NCBI GenBank assembly: GCA_963828165.1
Contig: CAWHDR010000001.1
Location: forward strand, 1,056,001 to 1,120,000
DNA length: 64,000 nucleotides
Source: an uncultured Chloroflexia bacterium
GTDB lineage: Bacteria > Chloroflexota > Limnocylindria > Limnocylindrales > CSP1-4
Reading direction: 5' to 3'
The position numbers and the translations under genes were made by a program. Positions 51,800-61,334 of this stretch are shown here, piece by piece. The notes beneath the pieces were generated by a model, which saw nothing but the letters and a program-made list of their open reading frames with translations, made no database searches and was not told where the DNA came from. Numbering within the stretch: the first letter of the stretch is position 1; every line of letters begins with the position of its first letter.

Positions 51800-52372
51800 A
51801 TGGCTGAGCTGACGCTCAATCTCCGAGCGAGCCGCGAATTCGTTGGCTGGCCGCTCGCAATCGTGTATCCCGCGATCGTGATCGCCTCGCTCCCGATCTG
51901 GCCGTTCGGCTGGAATCTCGCTCTTCACATCCTCGGCGCGGCGTTGCTCATCGGGAACGCGCTCGTGATGGCGGTATGGCTCACGGTGGCGGGCTTCTCG
52001 CAAAGTGATCCTGCCAAGCGGCGTGCCGCTCGAGTCGTCAACCTCGGGGATGCTTGGTTCACCGTTCCGGGCGTGATCCTGCTGCTGTTGAACGGGTTGG
52101 CGATGGTCGGCGCCCGATACGGCGGCCTGGACGTCTTCACCACGACCGGCTGGATCACCGCCGGCGTCGTGCTCCTGACCCTGACCGGGATCATCTGGGC
52201 CTTCCGGCTCGTGCCCGCCCAGCTGGCTCTGTATCGGCTTGCGGCCGCGGATGGGCCACTTGATGTGGAAGCCTTCCGGGGCGTCCTAAGCCGCTGGTAC
52301 TTGTGGGGCGTCATCGCGACAGCCCTGCCACTGCTCGCCGTCTTCGTCATGACGACGAAGCCCACCCTCTGA
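51800..52372 (+). CDS. DUF2269-like membrane protein
   Basis: LHILGAALLIG, DAWFTVPG, W..WG.IAT..VMTTKP. Confidence 0.8.
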   Translation: MAELTLNLRASREFVGWPLAIVYPAIVIASLPIWPFGWNLALHILGAALLIGNALVMAVWLTVAGFSQSDPAKRRAARVVNLGDAWFTVPGVILLLLNGLAMVGARYGGLDVFTTTGWITAGVVLLTLTGIIWAFRLVPAQLALYRLAAADGPLDVEAFRGVLSRWYLWGVIATALPLLAVFVMTTKPTL

Positions 52373-52489
52373 TCAACCGAAAGGAATTCGGCCGGTTGTC
52401 CTTCTGTTTGTGGTCCTCGTCGCGCACGGTCCGCGTAGTTCTAGCGGCCGCTCGCTCAGAAGTGGGCTGGAACGTCGACTCGTTCGACC

Positions 52490-52735
52490 TCAGGGCTGAT
52501 CGTCCCGCTTGCGCATGAGCTGCAGGACCCCGTCGGCGTCTTCACACACTGGACAGCGCAATCTCGGCGGCGGGCCACCACCAGACCACACCGCGAGTGC
52601 CCTTGGTGTGCGGAAGGTCGCCCCGCAGGCTGTTGCCGTACGACGGAGATGTCGCGCCACAAAGCCAGGGGTTCCTCGAAGGTGCCAACGATTGGTCCAC
52701 TCCCCATGGTGGATCCACTCGCGCGCGCTCGTCAT
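52490..52735 (-). CDS. Small putative Zn-binding protein
   Basis: RWH..TACG..RCPVC. Confidence 0.4.
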   Translation of the reverse strand: MTSAREWIHHGEWTNRWHLRGTPGFVARHLRRTATACGATFRTPRALAVWSGGGPPPRLRCPVCEDADGVLQLMRKRDDQP

Positions 52736-52936
52736 GCGCGGAGCCTATCGACGGTGGCCTTCCGCTCACCACCCGCATGCCTGGCTTGCGTCTTGCAGGC
52801 GCGTCACGTTTCAGAATGCCACTCGCGAGGCACACCACTGCGGAAAACGAAATCCGAACATGGGCTAGCCCGATTGGCTGCTTATCGCCCTGCTGGTCGC
52901 GCGGTACGGTCGGGCCGACCCCCTTGGAGTAGTTGA

Positions 52937-53683
52937 GTGTCTGATCCTGTGTCCGAGAGGATCCTGCCCGAACCCGTCACGCAGCCTTCGCCCCGTCGTC
53001 AAGGCGGGCGAGGCGTTACCGCCCGCCTCGGACGACGCCTCCGGCTGGTGCTCCGACAATCGAGCGAGATGCCGGCCGCGGACGAGCCGCCCGTCTCGAG
53101 CGCCTTGCCTCCCGAGGTCGAGTTCATCGGCTATGCCGAGGACTGCCTGTTCCGAGGTCACGTCCGAATGGCGGCTGATCGCCTGACGGACCTGCTCAAC
53201 GACCACGACGAGTACGAGCTCGTCGACGTGCTCGTGGAGGATCTCGCCGGCGACCGGACCGTCCAGCTCAGGGACATCGTCATCGCCAGAGACGAGCTGC
53301 TTCTGGTCCATGTCGTGGGGCCTCGCGGCGATCGAGGTCGACGTGTCCGGACGAGACAGCATCCACTGGCGATGCAAGTCGGGCCGTATCAGGTCCGTGG
53401 CTATATCCACGCACTGCCAGGGACCGACGCCGTATCCAGCTTCCGCCATCGCAAGCCGATGGTCCCGCTCACCGAGGCGTGGATCGACTACCTGCAGGGC
53501 AACGCCCAGCAGCGCCGTCAGGTCGCGACGGTCGTCGTGAACCGCCACCAGGTGGACTGGGTGGTCGAAGCGCAGGAAGCCGAGGTCGAGATGCCAGACC
53601 TGTTCCTCCAGCCCGACCAGGGACCGTTGTTCAAGGACTTCACGGGCTACGTCCTGCGAGGTCAGGCCCAGCGCGACCGCTAG
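52937..53683 (+). CDS. Hypothetical protein (paralog of 25603-26244)
   Basis: Motifs shared with the paralog. Confidence 0.7.
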   Translation: MSDPVSERILPEPVTQPSPRRQGGRGVTARLGRRLRLVLRQSSEMPAADEPPVSSALPPEVEFIGYAEDCLFRGHVRMAADRLTDLLNDHDEYELVDVLVEDLAGDRTVQLRDIVIARDELLLVHVVGPRGDRGRRVRTRQHPLAMQVGPYQVRGYIHALPGTDAVSSFRHRKPMVPLTEAWIDYLQGNAQQRRQVATVVVNRHQVDWVVEAQEAEVEMPDLFLQPDQGPLFKDFTGYVLRGQAQRDR

Positions 53684-53859
53684 CAGCATTGGTCGGACGC
53701 CCGGAGGGCGGGAAAGCCTCCTCGGGCGTCTCGGCGACCAGACGAGTCCCACGCCTTGGTCCGTCTCGGCAATCAGGCAACGTCAGGCGATCGGTCGCGA
53801 TCTCAGCCATCAGCCTGCGCGGATCAGACCCATCGCGCCGCATCGCGTAGCGTTACCTA

Positions 53860-54312
53860 ATGAGCCGCGAGACCGAGGATCTCAACCGGCGCTTACTGCG
53901 CGCTCGCGATGCGATGGACCGTTCATACGCCGAGCCGCTGGACGTCCGCGCGGTCGCGTCGGTCGCCCACATCTCGCCGGCGCACTTCATCCGCAGCTTC
54001 CGCGCGGTGTTCGGCGAGACCCCGCATCGCTACCTGCAGCGCCGGCGGGTGGAGCGCGCCATGTTCCTGCTGCGCGAGAGCGATCGGACTGTCACGGACA
54101 TCTGCTTCGACGTCGCCTTCACCAGCTTGGGAACATTCAGCAGGACCTTCCGCAAGATCGTGGGCGAGACGCCGTCCGGCTATCGCCGAGGCCATGGCCC
54201 GATCGTCGCTCCCCATTGTGTACAGCTCGCCGCGATGCGACCGCGGGTGGCGGTTGGCGAAACCATGCGATCGAGCAGTTTTGGAGAAGCGGCTCCTGCG
54301 ATCCAGCCGTAG
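53860..54312 (+). CDS. Short AraC family regulator (DNA-binding domain only)
   Basis: HFIRSFRAVFGETPHRYL, FTSLGTFSRTF. Confidence 0.9.
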   Translation: MSRETEDLNRRLLRARDAMDRSYAEPLDVRAVASVAHISPAHFIRSFRAVFGETPHRYLQRRRVERAMFLLRESDRTVTDICFDVAFTSLGTFSRTFRKIVGETPSGYRRGHGPIVAPHCVQLAAMRPRVAVGETMRSSSFGEAAPAIQP

Positions 54313-54315
54313 GGT
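54270..54315 (+). promoter_or_regulatory. Conserved promoter motif, copy 1 (upstream of VOC gene)
   Basis: ATCGAGCAGTTTTGGAGAAGC-N19-TAGGGT. Confidence 0.65.
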
Positions 54316-54353
54316 GAACGACGTCCACATCGAGACCAGGGAGAACAAGCGAG

Positions 54354-54785
54354 ATGATCACCAGGCTCAACGTCGCCTCCATCTACGTCCTGGACAAGGA
54401 GGAGGCCCTCGACTTCTACGTCAACAAGCTTGGCCTCGAAAAGGGTAACGACGTGCGCCAGGGCGACTATCGCTGGCTGACGATCCGGGTCCCGGGCGAG
54501 CCAGGCACCGAAGTCTCGCTGGAGCAGCCCGGCCCGCCGCTGCATGACGAAGCCACGGCAGCGCAGATCCGGGAGCTCATCACCAAGGGTGCCCTGGGCG
54601 GCCTCGTGTTCATCACCGACGACGCTCGCGGCCTTTACGAGATGCTCCGCGAGCGCGGTGTCACCGATTTCACGCAGGAGCCCACCGATCATTTCTACGG
54701 CACGGACATGGGGATTCGGGATCCGTTCGGCAACCCGATCCGGATCCTCCAGCAGGGCAAGGCCGCCCAGAAGGCGACAGCCTGA
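54354..54785 (+). CDS. VOC/glyoxalase family protein
   Basis: ALDFYVNKLG, RWLTI, RDPFGN. Confidence 0.9.
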   Translation: MITRLNVASIYVLDKEEALDFYVNKLGLEKGNDVRQGDYRWLTIRVPGEPGTEVSLEQPGPPLHDEATAAQIRELITKGALGGLVFITDDARGLYEMLRERGVTDFTQEPTDHFYGTDMGIRDPFGNPIRILQQGKAAQKATA

Positions 54786-54814
54786 GGCGCGACCGGACGA
54801 AGGAGGACGTGAAG

Positions 54815-55297
54815 ATGCCGAGCAAGCCGGCAACGAAGAGCGAGCACGGGACTCGCGACGATGATCGAGTCTTCTCCGAGGCGGAACGTGCCGCGGTCGC
54901 CGCGACCGCCCGTGAGCGAAAGGCCACCTCCGCCCGCAACCCGGCCGAGGCACGCGCCGAGGGCCTCAAGGACCTTCGCGACAGCCTGGCCAAGATGCCC
55001 GCGGACGACCGGGCGATGGGGGAGCGGATCCACGAGGTCGTCTCCGACGCCGCCCCGGCGCTCGTCCCGAAGACGTACTACGGCATGCCGGCGTACGCCA
55101 GGGAGGGCAAGGACGGCAAGGTCATCGCCTTCTTCAAGCCCAAGTCGAAGTTCAAGGTCCGCTACTCGACGGTCGGCTTCCAGCCTGACGCGACCCTTGA
55201 CGACGGCGACATGTGGGCGACCGAGTTCGCGGTGATCAAGCTCACACCAAACGTGGAGTCGCGGATCGCCGAGCTCGTCAAGAAGGCCGCCGGCTGA
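54815..55297 (+). CDS. DUF1801 (YdhG-like) protein
   Basis: YYGMPAYA..GKV..FF..KFKVRYSTVGF. Confidence 0.85.
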   Translation: MPSKPATKSEHGTRDDDRVFSEAERAAVAATARERKATSARNPAEARAEGLKDLRDSLAKMPADDRAMGERIHEVVSDAAPALVPKTYYGMPAYAREGKDGKVIAFFKPKSKFKVRYSTVGFQPDATLDDGDMWATEFAVIKLTPNVESRIAELVKKAAG

Positions 55298-55433
55298 GGG
55301 CTGGCTCGCGGACTGACGCGCCATCGATGGCCGGGGCGCCCGCGAGAACATGCTTCCGGGGTGTCATCGTCGACATCCCGACGTGCTTCGACCGGGTTTC
55401 GAAGCCGTCGTGGTCGGAGGGTATCCTCGGTCG

Positions 55434-57035
55434 ATGACCTCGCTCCGGGCGCTCCTCGATACCGCGCTCGCGCGTCTGGGCGCCATCGGGGCCGACAGCC
55501 GGGACGACGAGGAGACGCGCGGCCGGAAATCACTCCTCGTGCTCGTGTCGGTGCTGATCCTCCCGGTCTCGCTGCTGTGGGGTGGTCTCTATCTCGCGCT
55601 TGGAGCGCAATCCGGTGTGCTCGCGTTCATCTACTTCGCCATCTCGCTCGGAGCGATCGCGCTCTTCGCTCGCACGAGAGACTTCGCGCTGTTCCTGCAC
55701 ATCGAGTTCCTCGACATCCTGCTCGCGCCGAACCTGTCGATGATCCCGCTCGGCGGGTTCATCACGTCCACCGGCGTCGGCGTGTGGGGCATCCTGGCCC
55801 CGATGGGCGCGCTCGTATTCGTGGGTGTGCGAGCTGGCATCCACTGGTACGTGGCGTTCCTGGCGGTCTTCCTCGGCTGCGGCATCGCGGGCGAGATCCT
55901 GGGCACCATTTCCCCGCTGCCGATGTGGTTCACGACGGTGATGCTGGCGCTCAACATCGCGGTCGGCGGGACGATGGTGTTCACGCTCCTCGCGCTGTTC
56001 GCCCAACAGCGACAGGAGGCCCTGACGGCCCTGCAGGTCGCCCAGGACCAGGCCGAGAACCTGCTCCTCAACGTGCTGCCGCGCCCGATCGCCGAGAAGC
56101 TGAAGGCCGAGCCCCAGACCATCGCGGACAGTTTCACCTCGGCGTCGATCCTCTTCGCCGACGTGGTCGACTTCACCCGGCGCTCCGAGCAGCTGTCACC
56201 GGCCGAAGTCGTCGGCATCCTCGACCATCTCTTCAGTCATTTCGACATGCTGGCCGATCGATACGACGTGGAGAAGATCAAGACCATCGGCGATGCCTAC
56301 ATGGTCGCCGCGGGAGTCCCGTCACCGCGCCCGGATCATGCCCGCGCGCTGGCGCTGATGGCGCTCGATATGGTCGATGCCATGCGCACGAGCGACGAGG
56401 TGGGACACCTCGGCCTGGAACTGCGGGTGGGCATCAATTCCGGCCCCGTGGTGGCGGGCGTCATCGGCCGCAAGCGATTTCTGTACGACCTGTGGGGCGA
56501 CGCCGTCAACACCGCCAGCCGGATGGAATCGTCGGGGACCGCCGGACGGATCCAGATCACCCGCGCGACCTACGACCTGATCGAGGATGAGTTCGTGTGC
56601 GAGCCGAGAGGGACGATCTCGGTCAAGGGCAAGGGTGAGATGGAGACCTGGTACCTGATCGAGCGACGAACGACAACCGCTGCCGGTGTTGCAGGCGCAG
56701 AGGTGGCAGCGCTCGGAGGCGACCCGCTAGCGACGCGATCGCGATGCCGCTGCGACGCTTCGACGGCCCGGAGGCCCCGGGACGGATTATCGTTCCGGGA
56801 TGCCGCGCGATCCGAACATCCCCGACGCGTTCGACGTGTTCACGCTGGTTCTTCTGCGCCGTCCCGACGACGCCCCGGAGATGCCGGAGGCCGAGCTCGA
56901 CGCCCTGCAGTCCCGGCACCTGGCCTACCGAGCGAAGCTGCGCCAGGACGGCGTGCTGGTGGCCAACGGCCCGCTCGGGGAGCAGTCGGATCCATCGTTC
57001 CGCGGCCTCTCGATCTTCTCGTGCGACCTCGATGA
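55434..57035 (+). CDS. Membrane adenylate/guanylate cyclase, class III (true stop probably near 56730; likely frameshift)
   Basis: ILFADVVDFT, KIKTIGDAYM, YDLWGDAVNTASRME, VKGKG. Confidence 0.88.
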   Translation: MTSLRALLDTALARLGAIGADSRDDEETRGRKSLLVLVSVLILPVSLLWGGLYLALGAQSGVLAFIYFAISLGAIALFARTRDFALFLHIEFLDILLAPNLSMIPLGGFITSTGVGVWGILAPMGALVFVGVRAGIHWYVAFLAVFLGCGIAGEILGTISPLPMWFTTVMLALNIAVGGTMVFTLLALFAQQRQEALTALQVAQDQAENLLLNVLPRPIAEKLKAEPQTIADSFTSASILFADVVDFTRRSEQLSPAEVVGILDHLFSHFDMLADRYDVEKIKTIGDAYMVAAGVPSPRPDHARALALMALDMVDAMRTSDEVGHLGLELRVGINSGPVVAGVIGRKRFLYDLWGDAVNTASRMESSGTAGRIQITRATYDLIEDEFVCEPRGTISVKGKGEMETWYLIERRTTTAAGVAGAEVAALGGDPLATRSRCRCDASTARRPRDGLSFRDAARSEHPRRVRRVHAGSSAPSRRRPGDAGGRARRPAVPAPGLPSEAAPGRRAGGQRPARGAVGSIVPRPLDLLVRPR

Positions 57036-57183
57036 GGCCCGGCGCTTGAGCGACCTCGATCCGTCGGTCCAGGCAGGGCGCTTGACCTACGACGTGTTCG
57101 AGTGGTGGGTTGCCGCGGGGACGCTGGCGTTTCCGGGCACGACGGGGGCGGTCGGCGAGCGCCGCGCGATGCCTGACGATTGA
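56800..57183 (+). CDS. YciI family protein
   Basis: HLAY..L..NGP, DPSVQAGRL. Confidence 0.75.
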   Translation: MPRDPNIPDAFDVFTLVLLRRPDDAPEMPEAELDALQSRHLAYRAKLRQDGVLVANGPLGEQSDPSFRGLSIFSCDLDEARRLSDLDPSVQAGRLTYDVFEWWVAAGTLAFPGTTGAVGERRAMPDD

Positions 57184-57226
57184 CGCCGGCCGCTCGCGGT
57201 GATGGCCGCTGTCGATCCTCGACCGC

Positions 57227-57676
57227 TCAGCTCACCGCCTTCGTCACGAGCTCGGCGATTCGCGCCTCGTCGGCGGCGGTCAGCTTCGTCAACGCCCAGG
57301 ACGTCGGCCACATCGAGCCTTCGTCGAGGTTCGCGCCCTCGTCGAAGCCGAACGTGGCGTATCTCGACTTGAACTTATCGGCCGCCTGGAAGAAGCACAC
57401 GTTCTTGCCATCCTTGGCATAGGCGGGCATCCCGTACCAGAGCTTCGGAGCGAGCCCTGGCGCCGTGGCCCTGACGATGGTGTGGATCCGTTCAGCCATG
57501 ACGCGATCCGAATCCGGCATCTCGGCGATCTTCGCGAGCAGCGCCTTCTCAGCCTCGGCCTGGCTCGCCTCCGCCTTCAGCTCTTTGGCACGCTCTCGCA
57601 TCGCGGCCTTTTCTTCGGTCGAGAACCCCTTGGACTTGCCCGTCGTGCGCTTGTTGGCTTTCGGCGTGGCGTTCAT
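57227..57676 (-). CDS. DUF1801 (YdhG-like) protein
   Basis: [26 protein letters not shown]; paralog of 54815-55297. Confidence 0.87.
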   Translation of the reverse strand: MNATPKANKRTTGKSKGFSTEEKAAMRERAKELKAEASQAEAEKALLAKIAEMPDSDRVMAERIHTIVRATAPGLAPKLWYGMPAYAKDGKNVCFFQAADKFKSRYATFGFDEGANLDEGSMWPTSWALTKLTAADEARIAELVTKAVS

Positions 57677-57715
57677 CGGGGTTCTCCTTGCGAGTCTTGA
57701 TCGGGGACGACCCCG

Positions 57716-57761
57716 ATGCTAGGCAGCACACGCTGCCGTGGCTTCTCCGAAACTGCTCGAT
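57716..57761 (-). promoter_or_regulatory. Conserved promoter motif, copy 2 (upstream of second DUF1801 gene)
   Basis: ATCGAGCAGTTTCGGAGAAGC-N19-TAGCAT on the minus strand. Confidence 0.65.
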
Positions 57762-57800
57762 TGGTCTGGGCGGCGGTCGGATGTCGCGGTGCTGGGTCAC

Positions 57801-58034
57801 CTAGGACGGGTCGGGCGCCGAAGCGCCGCCCGCCAGCGTCGCGAACAGGTCCACGCCGTTGTCGTCCGGGTCGAGGACCGTCGCGTAGCGCATCCCCCAG
57901 AACGCATCGAATGGCTCGAGAGGCGGCTCGCCATCCGCACTCGCCGGAAGGTCGAAACCGAGCCGCCGGTAGAACGCCATGGACCGGGCCATGTCGGCCA
58001 CGACGAGGCCGATGAGGTCGAAACGCGCCGTCAT
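57801..58034 (-). pseudogene. VOC family gene with in-frame internal deletion
   Basis: N-terminal DMARSMAFYRRLG directly joined to C-terminal PFDAFWGMRYATVLDPDDN; only 77 aa. Confidence 0.6.
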
Positions 58035-58067
58035 GGTGTCAGCGTAGCGAAACCCACGGGCCGCTGA

Positions 58068-58511
58068 TCAGCCGGCGAGGAGCTCGACGACTCGGAAGCG
58101 CTGGAGCACGACGAGCGTGTCGTCATCGAGGACGAAGGCCGGGTCGCCGAGCGTCGCGCGCAGGTCGTCGAGGTAGCCGTTCCAGAATCGCTCGTGCGCG
58201 ACCCGGAACTCGTGCGCGTCCGCGTAGCCCTCTCCTTCGTCGATCGCATGCCGGTCGTCGACATCGGCCAGGCGGACGACGCGGCAGTCGACCGTCTCGA
58301 TCACCGCAACCGCACGTTCCTCGGAATCGAGCAACACCTCACGGGCGCCCCGGATGGGGATCGCCTCGCCCTCGGCCTCCATCTCGGCCAGCAGGCCGGC
58401 AGTCGTCGTTTTGGTACCGGCCAGCGCGAGCGCCGTTAGCTCATCACGGAGCGGACCGGGGAAGGCGAACCCCCAGGCTGGAAGCGCGGCGAGGTCGGCG
58501 CGAAGTGGCAT
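58068..58511 (-). CDS. ASCH domain protein
   Basis: LAGTKTTT, HAIDEGEG, HERFW. Confidence 0.85.
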   Translation of the reverse strand: MPLRADLAALPAWGFAFPGPLRDELTALALAGTKTTTAGLLAEMEAEGEAIPIRGAREVLLDSEERAVAVIETVDCRVVRLADVDDRHAIDEGEGYADAHEFRVAHERFWNGYLDDLRATLGDPAFVLDDDTLVVLQRFRVVELLAG

Positions 58512-58543
58512 CAAACGGATCGTAGCCGCTCCCGTGGCACCAC

Positions 58544-58574
58544 GTGCACAAAACTTGTGCACACTTTCTTTGCA
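58544..58574. promoter_or_regulatory. Overlapping palindromic operators between ASCH and ArsR-like genes
   Basis: GTGCACAAAACTTGTGCAC and TGCACACTTTCTTTGCA. Confidence 0.65.
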
Positions 58575-58591
58575 TGATAGTTTTGGTCGCG

Positions 58592-59170
58592 ATGACGACC
58601 GAATCGAACGCCTCCACGCTCCATTTGGACGCCCATGCCGTGAAGGTGCTCGCGCACCCGCTCCGATCGCGCCTGCTCGGCGCGCTGCGGCTCGGCGGCC
58701 CGGCGACCGCCACCGCCCTGGCGGAGCGCCTCGGCACGAACAGCGGGGCGACGAGCTACCACCTGCGTAAGCTCGAGTCGGTCGGACTCGTCGAGGAGAC
58801 CGGCGAGGGACGCGGCAAGGAACGCCCCTGGCGCGCCTCGACCGAGATGCACAGCTTCACCCAGCGCGACGTCGCCTACGACGCCGACGGCCAGGCGGCC
58901 GCGGACTGGCTGCGCCGGTACTACCTGCGCTCGTTCCTGGATCGCTATGAGGCCTGGCTGGACGACCACGCAGCGTGGTCGCTCGAGTGGCAGGAGGTCG
59001 CCGACGCCAGCGACTACCTGCTGCGCGTGTCGCCGCGGCGTCTCGCGGAGCTCGAAGCCGAGATGCGCACGCTCCTGGAGCGGTATCGAGACCCGGACCC
59101 CGATGACCCCGATGCCCTCCCCATCGAGATCCACCTCCACGCCTTCCCATTGGAAACGGCTCGGCGATGA
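58592..59170 (+). CDS. ArsR-like winged-helix regulator
   Basis: LAHPLRSRLL, ATSYHLRKL..GLV. Confidence 0.88.
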   Translation: MTTESNASTLHLDAHAVKVLAHPLRSRLLGALRLGGPATATALAERLGTNSGATSYHLRKLESVGLVEETGEGRGKERPWRASTEMHSFTQRDVAYDADGQAAADWLRRYYLRSFLDRYEAWLDDHAAWSLEWQEVADASDYLLRVSPRRLAELEAEMRTLLERYRDPDPDDPDALPIEIHLHAFPLETARR

Positions 59171-60462
59171 CGGCCCTCGACGCGCGCTCCGCGCGGCGGC
59201 GCTACCTGATCCTTCTGGCCCTTCGCTGGCTCCCGACGGGGCTGCTCATCCCGATCTTCGTGCTGCTGCCGCTCTCGCGCGGACTGTCGCTGACCGAGAT
59301 CGGGATCGTCTTCTCCGTCCAGGGCTTCGTCGTGCTCGCTCTCGAGCTGCCGACCGGTGGTCTGTCCGACTCACTCGGTCGTCGGCCGGTCCTCATCCTC
59401 GCGAGCTTCATCGGCCTGGCGTCGCTCGCGCTCTTCTTCCTCGCCGACTCGGTCGGGATGTTCGCGGCGGCGATGTTCCTGCAGGGCATCTACCGCGCGC
59501 TCGACAGCGGCCCGCTCGAGGCCTGGTATGTCGACGCGACGCTCGCGGCGGACCGCGAGGCGCGGATCGAGTCGGGTCTCGGGGCCGGAAGCACGGTGCT
59601 CAGTCTCGCGATCGCGACCGGGGCGCTGCTGTCGGGCGGTCTCATCGCACTCGACCCGTTCCCGACGATCGAGACGCTCGCCCTGCCTCTCCTGGTGGCC
59701 CTCGGTCTCCACGGGGTCGGCCTCGTCGCCAACGTGACGCTCATGCGGGAGGTCCGAACCGCCCGCGGCGCCCGCGCGATCGCGAGCTCCGTCGCGGCCG
59801 TGCCCGCGGTCATCCGCGACGGTCTTCGTCTCCTCCGTGCCTCGCCCGTGCTGCTGGCCTTGATCCTCGTGGAGCTCTTCTGGGGCTTCTCGATGGTCAC
59901 CTTCGAGGGCCTGTTCCCGATCCGCCTCGCCGAGGTGGTCGGTGACACCGCCCAGGCGGCCGCCTTGATGGGCCCGGTGAGCTCCGGAGCGTGGTTCGCG
60001 TCGGCGGCCGGAGCGGCGGTGATCACGGTGGTGAGCCGCCGCATCGGCGTCGCCCGGTCGGGAGCCATCCTGCGCATCCTCCAGGGGCTGACGATCGTGG
60101 GGATGGGCCTGCTCGCGGGGCCCGTCGGCGTCGTGATGGCCTACCTGGCGTGTTACATCGTCCACGGCGCCTCGAACCCGATGCACACGACCCTGCTCCA
60201 CCGGCAGGTCGATGGTCCACATCGGACGACCGTCCTGTCGATGAATTCGATGATCAGCCAGCCGGCCGGTGCCATCGGCGCGATCGTGCTCGCCGCCCTG
60301 GCCGACGGAACGTCCGTGGCGACCGCCATGGTCGTCGGCGGCATCCTGTGCGCCGTCGCGGCGCCGCTCTACATCCCGGCCTGGCGCGCCGAGAAGGCGC
60401 GCGGGACGGTCCCCGAGGAGCTCCCGCCGTCTGCGTCGGAGGTGTCAGACTCCGCCGCGTGA
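59167..60462 (+). CDS. MFS transporter
   Basis: ELPTGGLSDSLGRR, ALDSGPLEAW. Confidence 0.9.
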   Translation: MTALDARSARRRYLILLALRWLPTGLLIPIFVLLPLSRGLSLTEIGIVFSVQGFVVLALELPTGGLSDSLGRRPVLILASFIGLASLALFFLADSVGMFAAAMFLQGIYRALDSGPLEAWYVDATLAADREARIESGLGAGSTVLSLAIATGALLSGGLIALDPFPTIETLALPLLVALGLHGVGLVANVTLMREVRTARGARAIASSVAAVPAVIRDGLRLLRASPVLLALILVELFWGFSMVTFEGLFPIRLAEVVGDTAQAAALMGPVSSGAWFASAAGAAVITVVSRRIGVARSGAILRILQGLTIVGMGLLAGPVGVVMAYLACYIVHGASNPMHTTLLHRQVDGPHRTTVLSMNSMISQPAGAIGAIVLAALADGTSVATAMVVGGILCAVAAPLYIPAWRAEKARGTVPEELPPSASEVSDSAA

Positions 60463-61334
60463 CCGCCAACGGCCCGTTGAGCGTCGAGCGACACGCGACG
60501 GCAACGGACTTCCTCGACGCAGCCGGCGCCTTCCTGGTCGAGCGCGAGGCCGAGCACAACCTGATCTTCGGGATCTGCGCGACCCTGGCCGCCGACCCCG
60601 GGTACGCGAGCGAGCCCTATCTCGCCACGGTGTCGCAGGCGGGCCGCGTCGTCGGGGCCGCCGTGATGACGCCACCCTGGAACCTGGTGCTGTCGTGCAT
60701 GGACGAGCCGGATGCGCCCACCGCGCTGGCGACCGACCTGGACGCCCGCGGCATCTCGATCCCCGGCACGACGGGTCCGGTCGAGATCGCGAATCGATTC
60801 GCCGAGGGCTGGTGCCAGGCGCACGGTCTCGACCGGGGTCGCGGGATCGCCGAGCGGATCTACCGGCTGGAACGGGTCGTGCCACCCGACGGTGTCGCAG
60901 GCACGGCCCGCATCGCGAGCGAGGCCGATCGCGACCTGCTGGTCGACTGGGTCGACGCGTTCCTGCTCGAGGCGCTCGACCGAGCCGAGGCCGGGGCTGC
61001 CGCGGCGCTGGTCGATCGGTCGTTCCGGACCGGCACCCGCACCTGGTACCTGTGGGATGACGGCGAGCCGGTCTCTGTCGCGGCCGCCGGTGGCCCGACG
61101 CCGAACGGGATCCGTATCGGGCCGGTCTACACGCCACCGGATCGGCGCCGGCACGGCTATGCGAGCGCGCTCACCGCCGCGGCCAGCCAGGCAGAGCTCG
61201 ACAAGGGGCGGCGGTTCGTCTTCCTCTTCACCGACCTGGCGAACCCGACCTCGAACAAGATCTACCAGGCGATCGGCTACGAGCCCGTGATCGACGTCGA
61301 CCAGATCACGTTCGTGCCCGCCGACCGGGGTTAG
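60459..61334 (+). CDS. GNAT acetyltransferase (FR47-like C-terminal domain)
   Basis: RIGPVYTPPDRRRHGYA, LFTDLANPTSNKIYQAIG. Confidence 0.88.
   Translation: MTANGPLSVERHATATDFLDAAGAFLVEREAEHNLIFGICATLAADPGYASEPYLATVSQAGRVVGAAVMTPPWNLVLSCMDEPDAPTALATDLDARGISIPGTTGPVEIANRFAEGWCQAHGLDRGRGIAERIYRLERVVPPDGVAGTARIASEADRDLLVDWVDAFLLEALDRAEAGAAAALVDRSFRTGTRTWYLWDDGEPVSVAAAGGPTPNGIRIGPVYTPPDRRRHGYASALTAAASQAELDKGRRFVFLFTDLANPTSNKIYQAIGYEPVIDVDQITFVPADRG

Noticed and set aside
56730-57035. Real C-terminal extension of the cyclase overlapping yciI
   Set aside because: Low-complexity Arg-rich frame; more likely a missed stop caused by an indel.
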